From NCBI GenBank assembly GCA_963818425.1, contig CAWFSA010000004.1, positions 188,016 to 252,015 of the forward strand: a DNA stretch of 64,000 nucleotides, given 5' to 3'. Every line of letters starts with the position of its first letter. The stretch's first letter is position 1. Position numbers and translations under genes: made by a program. Under the pieces are notes generated by a model, which worked only from the letters and a program-made list of their open reading frames with translations, had not been told where the DNA came from and ran no database searches. Below are positions 44,117 to 55,293 of the stretch, piece by piece. This DNA comes from an uncultured Methanoregulaceae archaeon. GTDB lineage: Archaea; Halobacteriota; Methanomicrobia; Methanomicrobiales; Methanospirillaceae.

Positions 44117-44983
44117 CTACCGGATCATGCCTTCTTTTTTGATAAAGGTCCCGTCAGCATATTCCTGGTAGGCACGGTGCAGTTCCTCGCGGGTGTTCAT
44201 GACAATGGGGCCGCGCCATGCTACCGGTTCTCCGATGGGTTTTCCGGATAAGAAGAGAAAGCGTATTCCGGGACCAAACGACCGGACCCGGAAGGAAGAG
44301 CCGTCGCCGAACAGGATAAGGTCCCGGTTGCCCATACGGTGGCCTTCCTTTTCATCAAACGTCCCTTCACCGCCAATGATATAGGCGAGTGCAGTGTGAC
44401 CGGGTTTTACCGGGTGTTTAAACGACGTATCCGGGCCGAGCGTTATATCCAGAAATTCCGGGTCTGCCACAATATCCCGAACCGGCCCGTCGATACCGTT
44501 TACCCTGCCGGCGATCACGCGGACACTGATATCATTGCGGGGCTCAAGAACCGGGATTTTATCACTTTTTATTTCCTGGTACCGCGGATCCATCATTTTG
44601 CCGGCCCGGGGGAGGTTGACCCAGAGCTGGAACCCGCCCATGCGGTCATTGACCGGCCCCGGCATTTCCTGGTGAATGATCCCGGAACCCGCTGTCATCC
44701 ACTGGACATCCCCGGCGCTGATGCTGCCGGCATTTCCCATGCTGTCTTCATGGTCCATGGTCCCTTCAAGCATGTAGGTAACCGTCTCGATACCCCGGTG
44801 CGGGTGCCGGGGAAAACCGGCAAGGTAATCCTCCGGCTTCTCTGAACGGAAGTCATCGAGCATAAGGAACGGATCGAATTGCGGCACTTCATAATACCCG
44901 AATGCCCGGTGCAACCTGACACCGGCCCCTTCCACCGTTGCATATGCCCTGATCACGCGCTCAACTGCCCGCACCTGCTCCAT
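44117..44983 (-). CDS. Pirin-family cupin protein
   Basis: 288 aa with N-terminal cupin His/Glu ligands (FPRHPHRGIETVTYMLEG...H.D) and a typical pirin C-terminal cupin. Confidence 0.8.
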   Translation of the reverse strand: MEQVRAVERVIRAYATVEGAGVRLHRAFGYYEVPQFDPFLMLDDFRSEKPEDYLAGFPRHPHRGIETVTYMLEGTMDHEDSMGNAGSISAGDVQWMTAGSGIIHQEMPGPVNDRMGGFQLWVNLPRAGKMMDPRYQEIKSDKIPVLEPRNDISVRVIAGRVNGIDGPVRDIVADPEFLDITLGPDTSFKHPVKPGHTALAYIIGGEGTFDEKEGHRMGNRDLILFGDGSSFRVRSFGPGIRFLFLSGKPIGEPVAWRGPIVMNTREELHRAYQEYADGTFIKKEGMIR

Positions 44984-45113
44984 AATGAAGGAACAGGAAG
45001 TGCCGGCTCATTAAGATATGGGTGGCTGTCACTATCAGTCATCCACCGCCAGGGTCGCTCTCTGTTTACAGGAATCTGTTAATACGAGGAGAGGGCGTAC
45101 GTATCCGGTAGCT

Positions 45114-46037
45114 ATGGGTTTACAAGACCAGCTTGCGGACAAACTCCCGGCAGAGGTATTGCCGTATGTGTCCGACCATTTCGAGGTCATCGGGAACATA
45201 GCAGTACTCTCCCTTCCTGCTGAACTGGACCCCTACAAACAAACGATAGCACAGGTTATTGTTTCGCGCCGGAAGAACATCACGGTCATCCTCAACAAGA
45301 AGGAAAAGGTTTCAGGCGATTCACGCACGGCCCGGTATGAAGTCCTGCGGGGGAAGACAACGGTCACGGTGCACCACGAATCCGGGTTTGCGTACCGTCT
45401 CGATGTCGGCAGGGCGTTCTTTTCAACCCGCATGGCACATGAACGGAAACGGGTGACCGGCCAGATTGGACCGGGTGAACGGGTGTATATCCCTTTTGCA
45501 GGGGTCGGACCGTTCGTCATCCCTGCCGCGGCACGGGGGGCGGAGGTAGTTGCCGTAGAAAATAATCCCGATGCGTACCGGTACCTTCGTGAAAATGCCG
45601 CACTCAACCATGTTACTGAAACCTGCCATCTCCTTTTGGGTGATGCTTTCGATACCGGACTGTCTCCCGCACAAGGAATTTAACCGGATCATCATCCCGA
45701 CACCCTACGGGATGGACCATGCGCTCGAAACCTTCCTCCCGCTCCTTGCAAGGGGGGCAGGGTCCACTTCTATACGTTCAAGGCAAAGGAACAGATCCCC
45801 GGTCTTATCGCTGCGTATGAAGGAAAAGGGCTCACGGTCACCTATTCCTCCCGCTGCGGGAACGTTGCACCCGGGATCAGCCGCTGGGTTTTTGATATGA
45901 CCCTGCCCACCGGAAGCCCGTCACGGGATACCCGACAGAGGGAGAACAGTCCAGGTCTTCTCCACTCACCGGTAACTGATGGTAACGGTTCGGTACTAAA
46001 AAACCAGAGAGATAGCATGATATCCGAAGAAAAATAA
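45114..46037 (+). CDS. tRNA (guanine37-N1)-methyltransferase Trm5/Taw2 (Met-10+) family, with about 2 frameshifts (about 45660, 45760); the 3' end is uncertain (45900 or 46037)
   Basis: The N-terminus has FEVIGNIAVLSLP. The class I MTase core has IPFAGVGPFVIPAA. The C-terminal part (NRIIIPTPYG…) and then (VHFYTFKAKEQ…YSSRCGNVAPGISRWVFD) lie in shifted frames. Confidence 0.5.
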
Positions 46038-46054
46038 CTCCTAATGATCGAGAG

Positions 46055-47980
46055 ATGAAGAACGGGAAGGTCACGATCGGTCTTATCCAGATGAGCGTGG
46101 AGAATGACCGGGAGGCAATGCTCAAAAAAGCATTAGCGAGGGTGGAAGAGGCAATAAAAGCCGGTGCAGACATCATCTGCCTTCCCGAGCTCTACCGGAC
46201 CCGGTATTTCCCCGGCATATCGGAGGTGATACCTTTTCTCTGGCCGAAACTGTCCCGGGCGAGTCCACCCATTTTTTCTCAAGGATAGCAAAGGAGCACC
46301 AGGTTGTCATCATTATCCCGCTGTACGAGAAGGCTCCTGACGGGAACTTTTACAATTCGGCGGTTGTCATCAACACGGACGGCACAACGAATATTCCTTA
46401 TCACAAAGTCCATATCCCGCAGGACCCGGGTTTTTTTGAGAAAGGATATTTCTATCCCGGGAATTCCTACCAGGTCATTTCCACGCAGTTTTGCCGCATC
46501 GCGGTCCTTATCTGTTACGACCAGTGGTTCCCTGAAGCCGCCCGCTGCGTTGCTCTTGAAGGGGCAGAGATCATCTTCTATCCGACCGCCATAGGGCATC
46601 CGACAGGCGACATTCCCTTTGAAGGAGACTGGCAGGACGCGTGGGAACTGATCCAGCGGAGCCATGCCGTTGCAAACAGTGTCCACGTAGCCGCCGTAAA
46701 CCGTGTCGGGCAGGAAGGGGCCTGCGAATTCTTTGGCGGGTCCTTTGTGTGTGATGCATTCGGAAAAATCCTTGCGCATGCCACTGACCGGGAGGAGATA
46801 CTCCTGAGCACGGTGGATCTCTCCATGAACCACGAGGTCCGGGAATCCTGGGGATTCTTCCGGAACCGCAGGCCGGACACGTACGGGAAAATTTCCGTGC
46901 CGTTCCCCGGAGAATCCGGTGTATTCCCGGCCCTTCGCGAAGGGGATACCCCACAGAACCGGGGGTTCCATATGCCGGCCGAGTGGGAACCCCACGAGGC
47001 TGTCTGGCTCTCGTGGCCCCATAACCAGACGACCTTCCCCCACCTTGCCGAAGTAGAAAATGCCTATTATGCCTTTATCCGGGCAGTCCATGGAACAGAG
47101 CGGATCGAACTTTTCGTCCCTACTGCGGTCATCCACCGTAAAGTGAGGGCACGGCTCCGCGAGATGGACGTGGACCTCTCGCAGCATTATTCTGCATACC
47201 AGTGAATATGCCGATATCTGGATGAGGGATTATGGCCCGACGTTCGTGATCAACCGCGTCCTGAATAAAACTGCCCTGGTCCGGTGGAATTTCAATGCAT
47301 GGGGTAACAAGTACGAGAACCAGATTGCGGACGGGAAGATGCCCCATGTCATGAACAGGCGTCTCTGTCTCCCGATGTTTGAGCCGGGCATTGTGCTGGA
47401 AGGCGGGTCTATCGATGTGAACGGGCGGGGAACGGTACTCACCACCCGTGCCTGCCTCCTCAACCCCAACCGTAACCCGTTGTTATCTGCCGGCCAGATA
47501 GAGGATAAACTTAAAAGTTACCTGGGGGTGGAAAAGGTGATCTGGCTGAACGAAGGGGTTGTCGGCGACGATACCGACGGGCATATCGACGATATTGCCC
47601 GTTTTGTCGGGCCCTCGACGGTCGTATGCGCCTATGAGACCGATAGTTCCGATGCGAATTTCAAAGCCCTGCACGATAATTACGAGATCCTGCAAAGATC
47701 AAGCGACCAGGACGGAACCCCCCTCACGGTCATCAGGCTCCCCATGCCGGCAAAAGTCACCGACAGCGATGAGCGGTACCCGGCGAGTTACACGAACTTC
47801 TATATCGGCAATACGGTAGTGGTCGTTCCCGTCTTTGCCGACCCGCATGACGCGGAAGCGCTGCGTATCATTCAGGAGATATTCCCCGACCGCACGGTTG
47901 TAGGGATCGAAGCCCGGGCACTGGTTGAAGGGTACGGGACATTCCATTGTGCTACCCAGCAGCAGCCGCGAATCGTCTGA
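46055..47980 (+). CDS. Apparent fusion of N-carbamoylputrescine amidase (CN-hydrolase, AguB-like) and agmatine deiminase (AguA-like), with frameshifts near 46225 and 47190
   Basis: The nitrilase-superfamily N-terminus (GLIQMSV...ICLPELYRTRYFP) and body (…IAVLICYDQWFPEAAR…) run in frame into the AguA N-terminus (HMPAEWEPHEAVWLSWPHN) with no stop. The AguA C-terminal part (MRDYGPTFV…GTFHCATQQ) is in the 47222 frame. Confidence 0.6.
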
Positions 47981-48107
47981 TTCCTTATGACGGGGCACTC
48001 AAAAAAAATGTTCGCCCTCTGATGGAAAAAGGGGCTTCATCCACGCAGATAAAAAATGTGAAATGCAGTGAAGAGGTTTCATACCAGAAAAGAACGGCAT
48101 TTTTTTT

Positions 48108-48325
48108 GCTCTGGAGAAAACCAGTTTCATGGTATATGATTACCCCCCTTGCGCCAGCCCAGCCCCCGTTGGGGGAGGGGGCGCATGTGATGCCTCGGTA
48201 TTACCTATACAAAAACTCTCTCGCATTTTTTGTAAACGGGTACTACGGCGCTATCATTATCGGGGCGCCCCCGGCGGCGGGGTGAAGCCACTGGAGCGTG
48301 TAACCCTGAATAATTTCTCCAGAGC
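48108..48325. mobile_element. MITE copy 5 (orientation B)
   Basis: 218 bp with TIRs GCTCTGGAGAAAAC / ATTTCTCCAGAGC, flanked by ATTTTTT(T) on both sides. Confidence 0.6.
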
Positions 48326-48332
48326 AGATTTT

Positions 48333-49292
48333 TTAAAAAGACTTTTTTTCCTGCGTATCCTCTTCCCGCTTACAAACGCTCGTGCTTGTCGGCACGATGC
48401 TGACCGTGCTCCGGGGGATCTGCGTCTCAAGGGACACCTTGATCCGGTCAATGACCTGCTGCACTTCGCACATCCGCTTCCCGCCGTCGAATTCCAGGAA
48501 TATCTCGATATACACGTTGCTGCCGGAGCGGCGGGAGCGGACACCGTGCAGTTCTGAGTAGTCGTCGAAGAACTGTGCAAGGTGCCGGACGATCACCATC
48601 TGGAGTTCCTCGTCAAGGGTCTTATCGAGCAGGTCCGGGAGGGACGAGCGGATCACCCGGGTGCCGGAGAGGAGGAGGACGGCGACAATGAAGAAGGAAG
48701 CGATGGGGTCAATATAGAACGACCAGGCATAGTGGGAGAGGAGGAGGGAGAAGATGAGTGAGAGGAGGACGGCAAAGTCCGAGAATGCTTTGGTACGGAA
48801 GAGGCGCCACTGGGAGTCCATGATAGGCGAGGGCTCCTTCAGGTACAGCCGCTCGTTCTTCTTCCAGAGGAACGTGTTCATGGAGACCCCGAGGATCATT
48901 AAAAATATCCCAAGGTACGCACCTTCATGGACGATCGATTCCGGTATGGCAATGCGATAGATGGCAACAAAGAAAACGAGCACGAGCGAGATGAGCATAA
49001 TCCCGCCCGTGATGATCGATATAACCGTTTCGAACTTTCCCATGCCGTAATCATATGCCCCCGCCCCGCCTTTTGCCATCTTCCGGAGGGTGAGGTACGC
49101 AAAGAACGTGGCAAGGATCTCGTTCAAACACTTCACCGCATCGGCAAAGAGGACGATCGACATGGACAGGATCGCGGCAAAAACGTCCGGGATCCAGAGG
49201 ATGAAATCGATGATGAGGCTGACAAGGACGGTCCGCTGCCTCTCGGCAAGGGAATCTCCTCCCCCGTCTCCTGCTGGAACGGCGTGCGACAT
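48333..49292 (-). CDS. Cation diffusion facilitator (CDF) family metal efflux transporter
   Basis: 319 aa with the CDF TM core (…SLIIDFIL…D…HYAWSFYIDPIASF…) and a C-terminal cytoplasmic domain. Confidence 0.75.
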   Translation of the reverse strand: MSHAVPAGDGGGDSLAERQRTVLVSLIIDFILWIPDVFAAILSMSIVLFADAVKCLNEILATFFAYLTLRKMAKGGAGAYDYGMGKFETVISIITGGIMLISLVLVFFVAIYRIAIPESIVHEGAYLGIFLMILGVSMNTFLWKKNERLYLKEPSPIMDSQWRLFRTKAFSDFAVLLSLIFSLLLSHYAWSFYIDPIASFFIVAVLLLSGTRVIRSSLPDLLDKTLDEELQMVIVRHLAQFFDDYSELHGVRSRRSGSNVYIEIFLEFDGGKRMCEVQQVIDRIKVSLETQIPRSTVSIVPTSTSVCKREEDTQEKKSF

Positions 49293-49508
49293 GATGGTTG
49301 TACAGAATGCTCGTTGCTGGAAAATAAAAGGACGTCGGGTTTGATACGGGAATCCCGTCAGAGAAGATCATTCCGGAAAAATTTTTTAAAAGAGTTCTCG
49401 ATCAGAAAAAATATATCCGGGCTGCTCTTCCTTTCCAGGATCGCGATGCATTTTTGCCTTGCTGCATGAGATCCTAAAGATCCAAAAAAATTGGGCAGTG
49501 ACAAGAAT

Positions 49509-50391
49509 TCAGACGTTCACATTCAGGAATTCCCGGATAACAAGACCGATCACAAAGGAGATCGCTGCTATGCTGAGGCAGATGCCGGCCATTTCAGCGA
49601 ACCGCCGCCAGAACGGGAGATCTTTTGCTACCGCGATGTAGAACGTGAACACCAGGATGACGAGAACTGCCCCTGCAAGGGTCAGGGCCAGCGCACCGTA
49701 GAGACTCTGGATGAGGAGATAGGGCAGGATCAGCAGTACAACGGTCAGGATATAGGCTGCTCCCGTGTAGAGCGATGCTTTCAGGGGGTCGGTCTGCCGG
49801 CCATCCGACCGCTGCGACAGGTACTCGGAAGCCCCCATGGAGAGTGAAGCAGCAACACCGGTGATAAGGCCGGCCATTGCAATGATCCGGGTATTCTGGA
49901 GGGCAAACGTAAGCCCGGCCAGGGTGCCGGTAAATTCAATAAGTGCGTCATTTAAACCCAGCACCACGGAACCAGTGTATTTCAGCCGTTCTTCATCGAT
50001 GAGCGCGATCAGGTCCTGTTCATGAACCTTCTCGTTTGCCAGCATCTGCGGCATCTCGGGGATGAGGTCGATAAAGGACTGGTCAACGGACTGTGCACGC
50101 CGCTCCATTCCCTCCATGAGTCTGATCGCAAACGTCAGTCCGAAGATGCGGGCAACCAGATAATAGAACCAGATCCGCTTCCGGTCGGGCGCTACTTCCT
50201 GCCCGGTGTAGCGCTTCCAGATCCCGTAGTGCTCGAGTCTCTTGTGCTGCGATCCGGATCAGCACCTCGCGGTTACCGGGTTCCGGCGTTGCTGCAGCGA
50301 TCTTCGTATAGATATGGTGCTCGGTGATCTCGCTTCTCTGGAGGGGCAGGATTTTTGTTACCAGCTGCGCATCAGTGTCCGTTCCCGGCAT
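49509..50391 (-). CDS. VIT1/CCC1-family iron transporter with an N-terminal ferritin-like (rubrerythrin-type) domain, with a frameshift near 50150-50180
   Basis: The 50083..50391 ORF has a ferritin-like EITEHHIYTKIAA...IAAQE segment. The VIT1 membrane domain lies in the 49509..50117 frame, and its extension reads HYGIWKRYTGQEVAPDRKRIWFYYLVARIFG. Confidence 0.6.
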
Positions 50392-50499
50392 AGATAATCA
50401 ACTGGTTGCCGTTAAACAGGGATATTTGTTATTATCCGGCAGGGATCGGGATATGCCGGGAGACCGCAGGGGTGTCCTCATACGATTGCCAAAAAGGGT

Positions 50500-51717
50500 T
50501 CAGGTATACCGGGATCGGCAGATGAAGAGGAGTGCAAGTCCTGCCAGCGCGATAACCGGCGGCACGGCTGCCTGCCGGGTTGCGGCAGGGGTGGTGCCGG
50601 AAGGAGGGGGCGTTGCCGCAGACGTCGTGACCGATACCGGTGTTGTCACCGGTGGCGGGGTTGCTGACGTTGGTATCGCGGTAGTTATTGGCAGGGTAAA
50701 CTGCGACTTTGAGAAGCCGTACACCGCAGATGCATCAACCGCTGCAATCACGGAGCCGTCGCCGCTCACGGCAACCGAACGGGTTTTGATCGAATTTTTG
50801 GCCGTGAAGGAGCCCAGTTTTGTCCCGGCCCGGTCATAGACAGACAGGGTTTTGTCCATGCTGCCTGCGGCAATCGTGTTCCCGTCATCGGACACCGCAA
50901 CGCTGGTGATCCAGTGTGCAGCACGCGCTGTCCAGAGCAGGGTACCATCGCGGTCCAGTGCCTGCACGGTGTTATCATCCCTGCCGACAACAATCGTTGA
51001 ACCGTCACGCGAGTAGGCAAACGCCAGGGCATTCCCGCCGGGGAGACTCCGTTCCCATTGCAGGTTCCCGTCCCGGGTGTACAGCCGGATACGGTTATTG
51101 GTCACGGTCACAAATGAGGACCCATCGGCAGCAACCTCAAGGAAGTCCTGGGTCATATTCTCGTCTGCCCATTCAGAATAGAGGGTTAAATTCGATAGCT
51201 GGATACCGTTTTTTGTGGTAATGACAACCTGGTCGCCTTCCGGAAAGAGCCGGATATGGTTGACGGGGATGGAATTATTCTGCCGGAGACTGTCTCCCGA
51301 ACCACTGATGAGCCGTACCCGGCTCCCGCCGCCAGCTGCGATGAGGGACGCATCCGGCATCATGGCCAGGTCCGTGACAGGAACCTCGAGCGATACATCC
51401 CAGAGCAGGGTACCGGAACCGGAGATCATGCGGACGGTCTGGCCCCGCGAAGTTAAAATATACTTCCCGTTACGGCTGATTGCAAGACCCGTACCGGACC
51501 AGCCGGTCCAGAGCTTCCTGCCGTCACGGGACAGTGCGATCAGCTGGTCGCCTCCGGCAACAATGGTCGACCCGTCAGCAGAGATGACGATACCGGATAA
51601 TTCACCGGAGGTGGTAGCAGCCTGGGTCCAGAGTGGATCAACGGCACCTGCCAGGGGTACGAGCAGACCGGCGAGAGTAAAGAGCCCGCAGAGAATTACA
51701 AGACGAGAGGAGTTCAT
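50500..51717 (-). CDS. Secreted beta-propeller repeat protein (PQQ/WD40-like) with a Thr/Pro-rich stalk and a C-terminal TM anchor tail
   Basis: A signal peptide is followed by repeated D(G/D)(S/N)(T/L)I..G..D motifs. The C-terminus reads ...TPPPVTTPVSVTTSAATPPPSGTTPAATRQAAVPPVIALAGLALLFICRSRYT. Confidence 0.6.
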   Translation of the reverse strand: MNSSRLVILCGLFTLAGLLVPLAGAVDPLWTQAATTSGELSGIVISADGSTIVAGGDQLIALSRDGRKLWTGWSGTGLAISRNGKYILTSRGQTVRMISGSGTLLWDVSLEVPVTDLAMMPDASLIAAGGGSRVRLISGSGDSLRQNNSIPVNHIRLFPEGDQVVITTKNGIQLSNLTLYSEWADENMTQDFLEVAADGSSFVTVTNNRIRLYTRDGNLQWERSLPGGNALAFAYSRDGSTIVVGRDDNTVQALDRDGTLLWTARAAHWITSVAVSDDGNTIAAGSMDKTLSVYDRAGTKLGSFTAKNSIKTRSVAVSGDGSVIAAVDASAVYGFSKSQFTLPITTAIPTSATPPPVTTPVSVTTSAATPPPSGTTPAATRQAAVPPVIALAGLALLFICRSRYT

Positions 51718-51787
51718 ACAATCCCAAGGAGAGATGGCGACCGGAACCGCGATAAAGATTCCTGCAGGAGGGTCAGGTAAAAAAATT

Positions 51788-53036
51788 TCAGGTCTTTTTG
51801 GACCGGCAGAGGAACAGGAGTCCGAGCGCCGCCAGCGGGACTGCCAGCGGCAGGGGTGTTTCGGGGGTTTCGCTCGCGGTCGGCCGGGGGGTTGGAATGG
51901 TCGTTATCCTGGTAGTAACCTTCCGGGTCGTTGTTGCAGGAAGGCGCGTCGTTACCGTTTCCACGGGCGTTCCGGGAGAGGTCCCGGTTATCGATTCTTC
52001 GGGAACTCCCCCGGTGAACGACGACCGCGAGAAGCCGTACACTGCAGTTTCGTCCACGACAACGATCAGCGAACCGTCCCCGGTCATGGCAACGGAATTG
52101 AACTTGATCGCGCTCTGGGCAGTAAAGGTTCCGAGCCGGGTGCCGGCACGGTTATAGACAGAGAGTTTTCTGTCCAGGCTCCCCGCGGCAATGGTATTCC
52201 CGTCATCCGATACTGCAACGCAGGTGATCCAGTTTGCGGCAGTTGCTGTCCAGAGCGATGTGCCGTAATGGTTCAGCACCTGCAGGCTGTTGTCGTCCAT
52301 ACCGATGACGATCAGCGAACCGTCACGGGAATAGGCAAGGGCCTCCGCATTCCCGCCCGCGAACTTTTTATCCCAGATAAGTTTCCCGGTCCCGCTGTAC
52401 ATCCGGACACGGTTGGCGGCCGCGGTCACGAAGGTTGACCCGTCGGGAGCGAGTGCAATAAGATTCTGGGTCGAGTTTGTGATCCGACCATTCCGGTATG
52501 AGGGTTAAATTCGACAACTGGACGTTATTGTTCGTGGTGATGAGGACCCGGTCTCCACCAGGCATGATCCTGATATGGTTGACGGCCAGGGTTGAGTTCG
52601 ATGCAATGTCTCCTCCCGATAACCTCATGAGCATTACCTTGCCCCCGCCGGTTGCTGCGATGATGGATGCATCGGGTGTCATCGATAAATCCGTGAGGGT
52701 GATACCCATGGGCTTTTCCCAGATCAGGGTGCCTGCACCGGAGATGAGACGGAGATCCTGGCCCTTGGAAGCGAGAATATAATCCCCGTTATTGCTGATG
52801 GCCAGGGAAGTTGCGGACCAGCCGGCCCAGCGCTTCCTTCCTTCGGGAGTGAGGGAGATCACCAGATCACCTCCCACAAGGATGGTCGATCCATCTGCAG
52901 ATATGACCACGCCTTCCAGCTCGCTGCTCGTGGGGCCGGCTTCCCTCCAGAGCGGGGTTACCGCGCACGATGCCGGCACGACCAGGCAAAGAAGGAGTGC
53001 AACCCCGCAAAGAACCGCAAGACGGTAGTATTTCAT
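51788..53036 (-). CDS. Paralogous secreted beta-propeller repeat protein, with a frameshift near 52430-52520
   Basis: A signal peptide plus propeller lies in 52368..53036. The remaining propeller and the C-terminus (...ETPETPLPLAVPLAALGLLFLCRSKKT) lie in 51788..52429. Confidence 0.55.
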
Positions 53037-53257
53037 CAGACTCTTTAGTGAGTTGGTAACCTGTTATTCAAAGTCTTTCCCTGTGCAGGGTACCTGCGGG
53101 AACAATACCACGGCATACAGGAAACGGGGAGACCGGCAATCTGATGCCGGGTGCACCAGAGTTTGTCAGGATATATGCGATAAGAAAACCCGGGCATATA
53201 CCCGTGGCGATACCTCCCGACTGGCGCCGATACGGTTTGCTTCCGGGCAAAAAAGGG

Positions 53258-55105
53258 TTATTGTTTCCTGCGCCCGCATGCAAGGAAAATCCCAAAAATG
53301 GCAAAAGCCACGGTGACAGGGAATATGGTCAGGGAAGCCTTTGTTGTTACCGGCAGCCCGGTAAGCCCGAGTGCAACCGGCGTGCTCCGGCCACCGATAA
53401 CGGTAACGGTCTGGGAAGCGTCGGTATATCCTGCCTGCCGGGCAGTCACGACATGCGAACCGGCCGGAATATCTGAAAGCGTAACCGGTGTAATTCCCCG
53501 GAAGGTATTATCAAGGAACAACTCGGCACCGGCCGGCGTTGAAACGATCATGATCTGTCCGGTCGTATCCGGTGTTGGTGATGGTCCGTCGGGTGTGAGC
53601 TCGGCGTTCACGGTCGTGACCTGCCCGCCTTTGACGAACACGGTCTGGGTATAGTCACGGTAATCCGTCATCCGTATAAGGATTGTATGGTATCCCGGCA
53701 GGATGCTCGTGAGATCGAAATAACCCCCCTGCGGGATCTGTCCCATGTAGTTCCCGTCAAGGGAGAGGGATGACCCTGCAGGAGTTGATCCCACTTCGAT
53801 GGACCCCACGGTCATCTGCTGGGGAGTAAACGTGTACGACGAGCGGGGTCTGCTGTCCCGATACTATCGTGACAGGAGAGAAGTATTCATCATAACCGGC
53901 CTTGTGGAGCCGGAGGAGGTGCGACCCGGAGGCAAGGTTGGTGACCACATACGGACTTTCGGCAATATAGTTCCCGTCCAGATAGATATCCGCCCCCTGA
54001 GGCAAGGTGAGCGATATTGAGTGAACCGGTCTGGGGATACGGGGTATCGGGAACAAGATATGCATTCACGGTAAAGGTTTCACCTGCCGTTACGTACGCT
54101 GACGTCCCGTATGGCTGGTAGCCGCTCATGGTGATCTGGAGGTAATGGCTGGTGCCCGAACGTACGGATGTGAAGGTTGCCGGCGTATACTGCCAGCTGC
54201 CGCCGTCAAGGGTCACCACGGCTCCGGAGGGATGGGAGATAACCTGTATGTTCCCAGATGCGGGCGTTGGTTCCGGGTTCAGGGTTGCATACAGGTTCAC
54301 GGTCCCGCCTTTTGCCGGCCATGAGGTCACGGAGCCGGTGAAGAGGCTGTAGCCGGGCTTCTGGACGGTAAACGTCCGGAACGGCGTACTGGTAGTCCCA
54401 ACCTCGGTATCGCAGGACCCCCCGGTGATCGTGCATCCCAGGGAGAGATCGTCAAAGGATACCGTGGCGCCATTTACATTGCAGTTCACCCGGATCCAGC
54501 CCTTGTCACAGCCGATACACGGGGGTGAGGGGCTGGATGTCGGCACTTCGGTTGCGCGGGTTGTAATTCTGGTCGTCGGGACGGTTGTAACCGGTACCGG
54601 GGTCAGCGTTACATCGACGGCCCCCTGCTCACCGGCATGGAGTTCTTTTTCGGTCTGGTAAATTTCATAACCTGCCATGGTGATCCGTACAGCGTGGGTG
54701 CCGCTTCCCAGTTCCCTGCCGGTGACGGGGGTTATCCCTGCCGTACTCCCGTCGATCGAGACCTCTGCACCGGAAGGCGTTGAAAGGATGGTCAGCCACC
54801 CGACCTGCGGTCCCGGGGGATTCCGTGATCGTGACCGTTTTTTCCGTTGGCATTGTCACCGGTTTCTCCGGAGTCTCGGTGACGATATGCAGGCTTGTCG
54901 GAGGGACGATGGTCTCCTTGGTTGGTTCTTTTGTAGGTTCAAGGGTTACAATGCGGGTGATTTTCGTGGTCGGTTCCGGAACGGGTTCAAGGGTTACTCC
55001 CCTGATGATTTCCTGGGTCACATCCGGTCCTGTTTCGGCTGCCGCTGCGGGCAGAGCCGGCATGACCAGAAGGAGGAAGCAGATAAGTACTACCGTGGGT
55101 TTCAT
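53258..55105 (-). CDS. PEGA-domain surface protein with a signal peptide and C-terminal TM anchor, interrupted by at least 3 frameshifts (about 54815, 54025, 53820)
   Basis: A signal peptide (MKPTVVLICFLLLVMPALPAAAA) and a T/P/E-rich linker precede at least six PEGA repeats (e.g. AGYDEYFSPVTIVSGQQTPLVVHVY, AGYTDASQTVTVIGGRSTPVAL). The C-terminus reads ...IFPVTVAFAIFGIFLACGRRKQ. Confidence 0.6.
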
Positions 55106-55293
55106 AGCATCTCTTTTGTTATTGATAGCGTATTACCGTTTAATGATACCGAAAAATGTCCTTAAACCCGGTGTCCCGGGTACGGTGTCAACCGATCCCG
55201 ATGAATACGTTACCGATCAGCCCCGCTGGTGCAACGAATGATGCTCCGGGGGATCCGGATAATAAAAAAGCTGACCCGGGGTAAACCCGGTAC

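Noticed and set aside
50500-55105. Assigning the C-terminal tails to the known VPXXXP-CTERM or PGF-CTERM classes.
   Set aside because: The tails (AVPPVIA…, AVPLAA…, IFPVTVA…) lack the second Pro of VPXXXP and have no PGF or PEF tripeptide. They are reported only as an unclassified archaeosortase-like signal.
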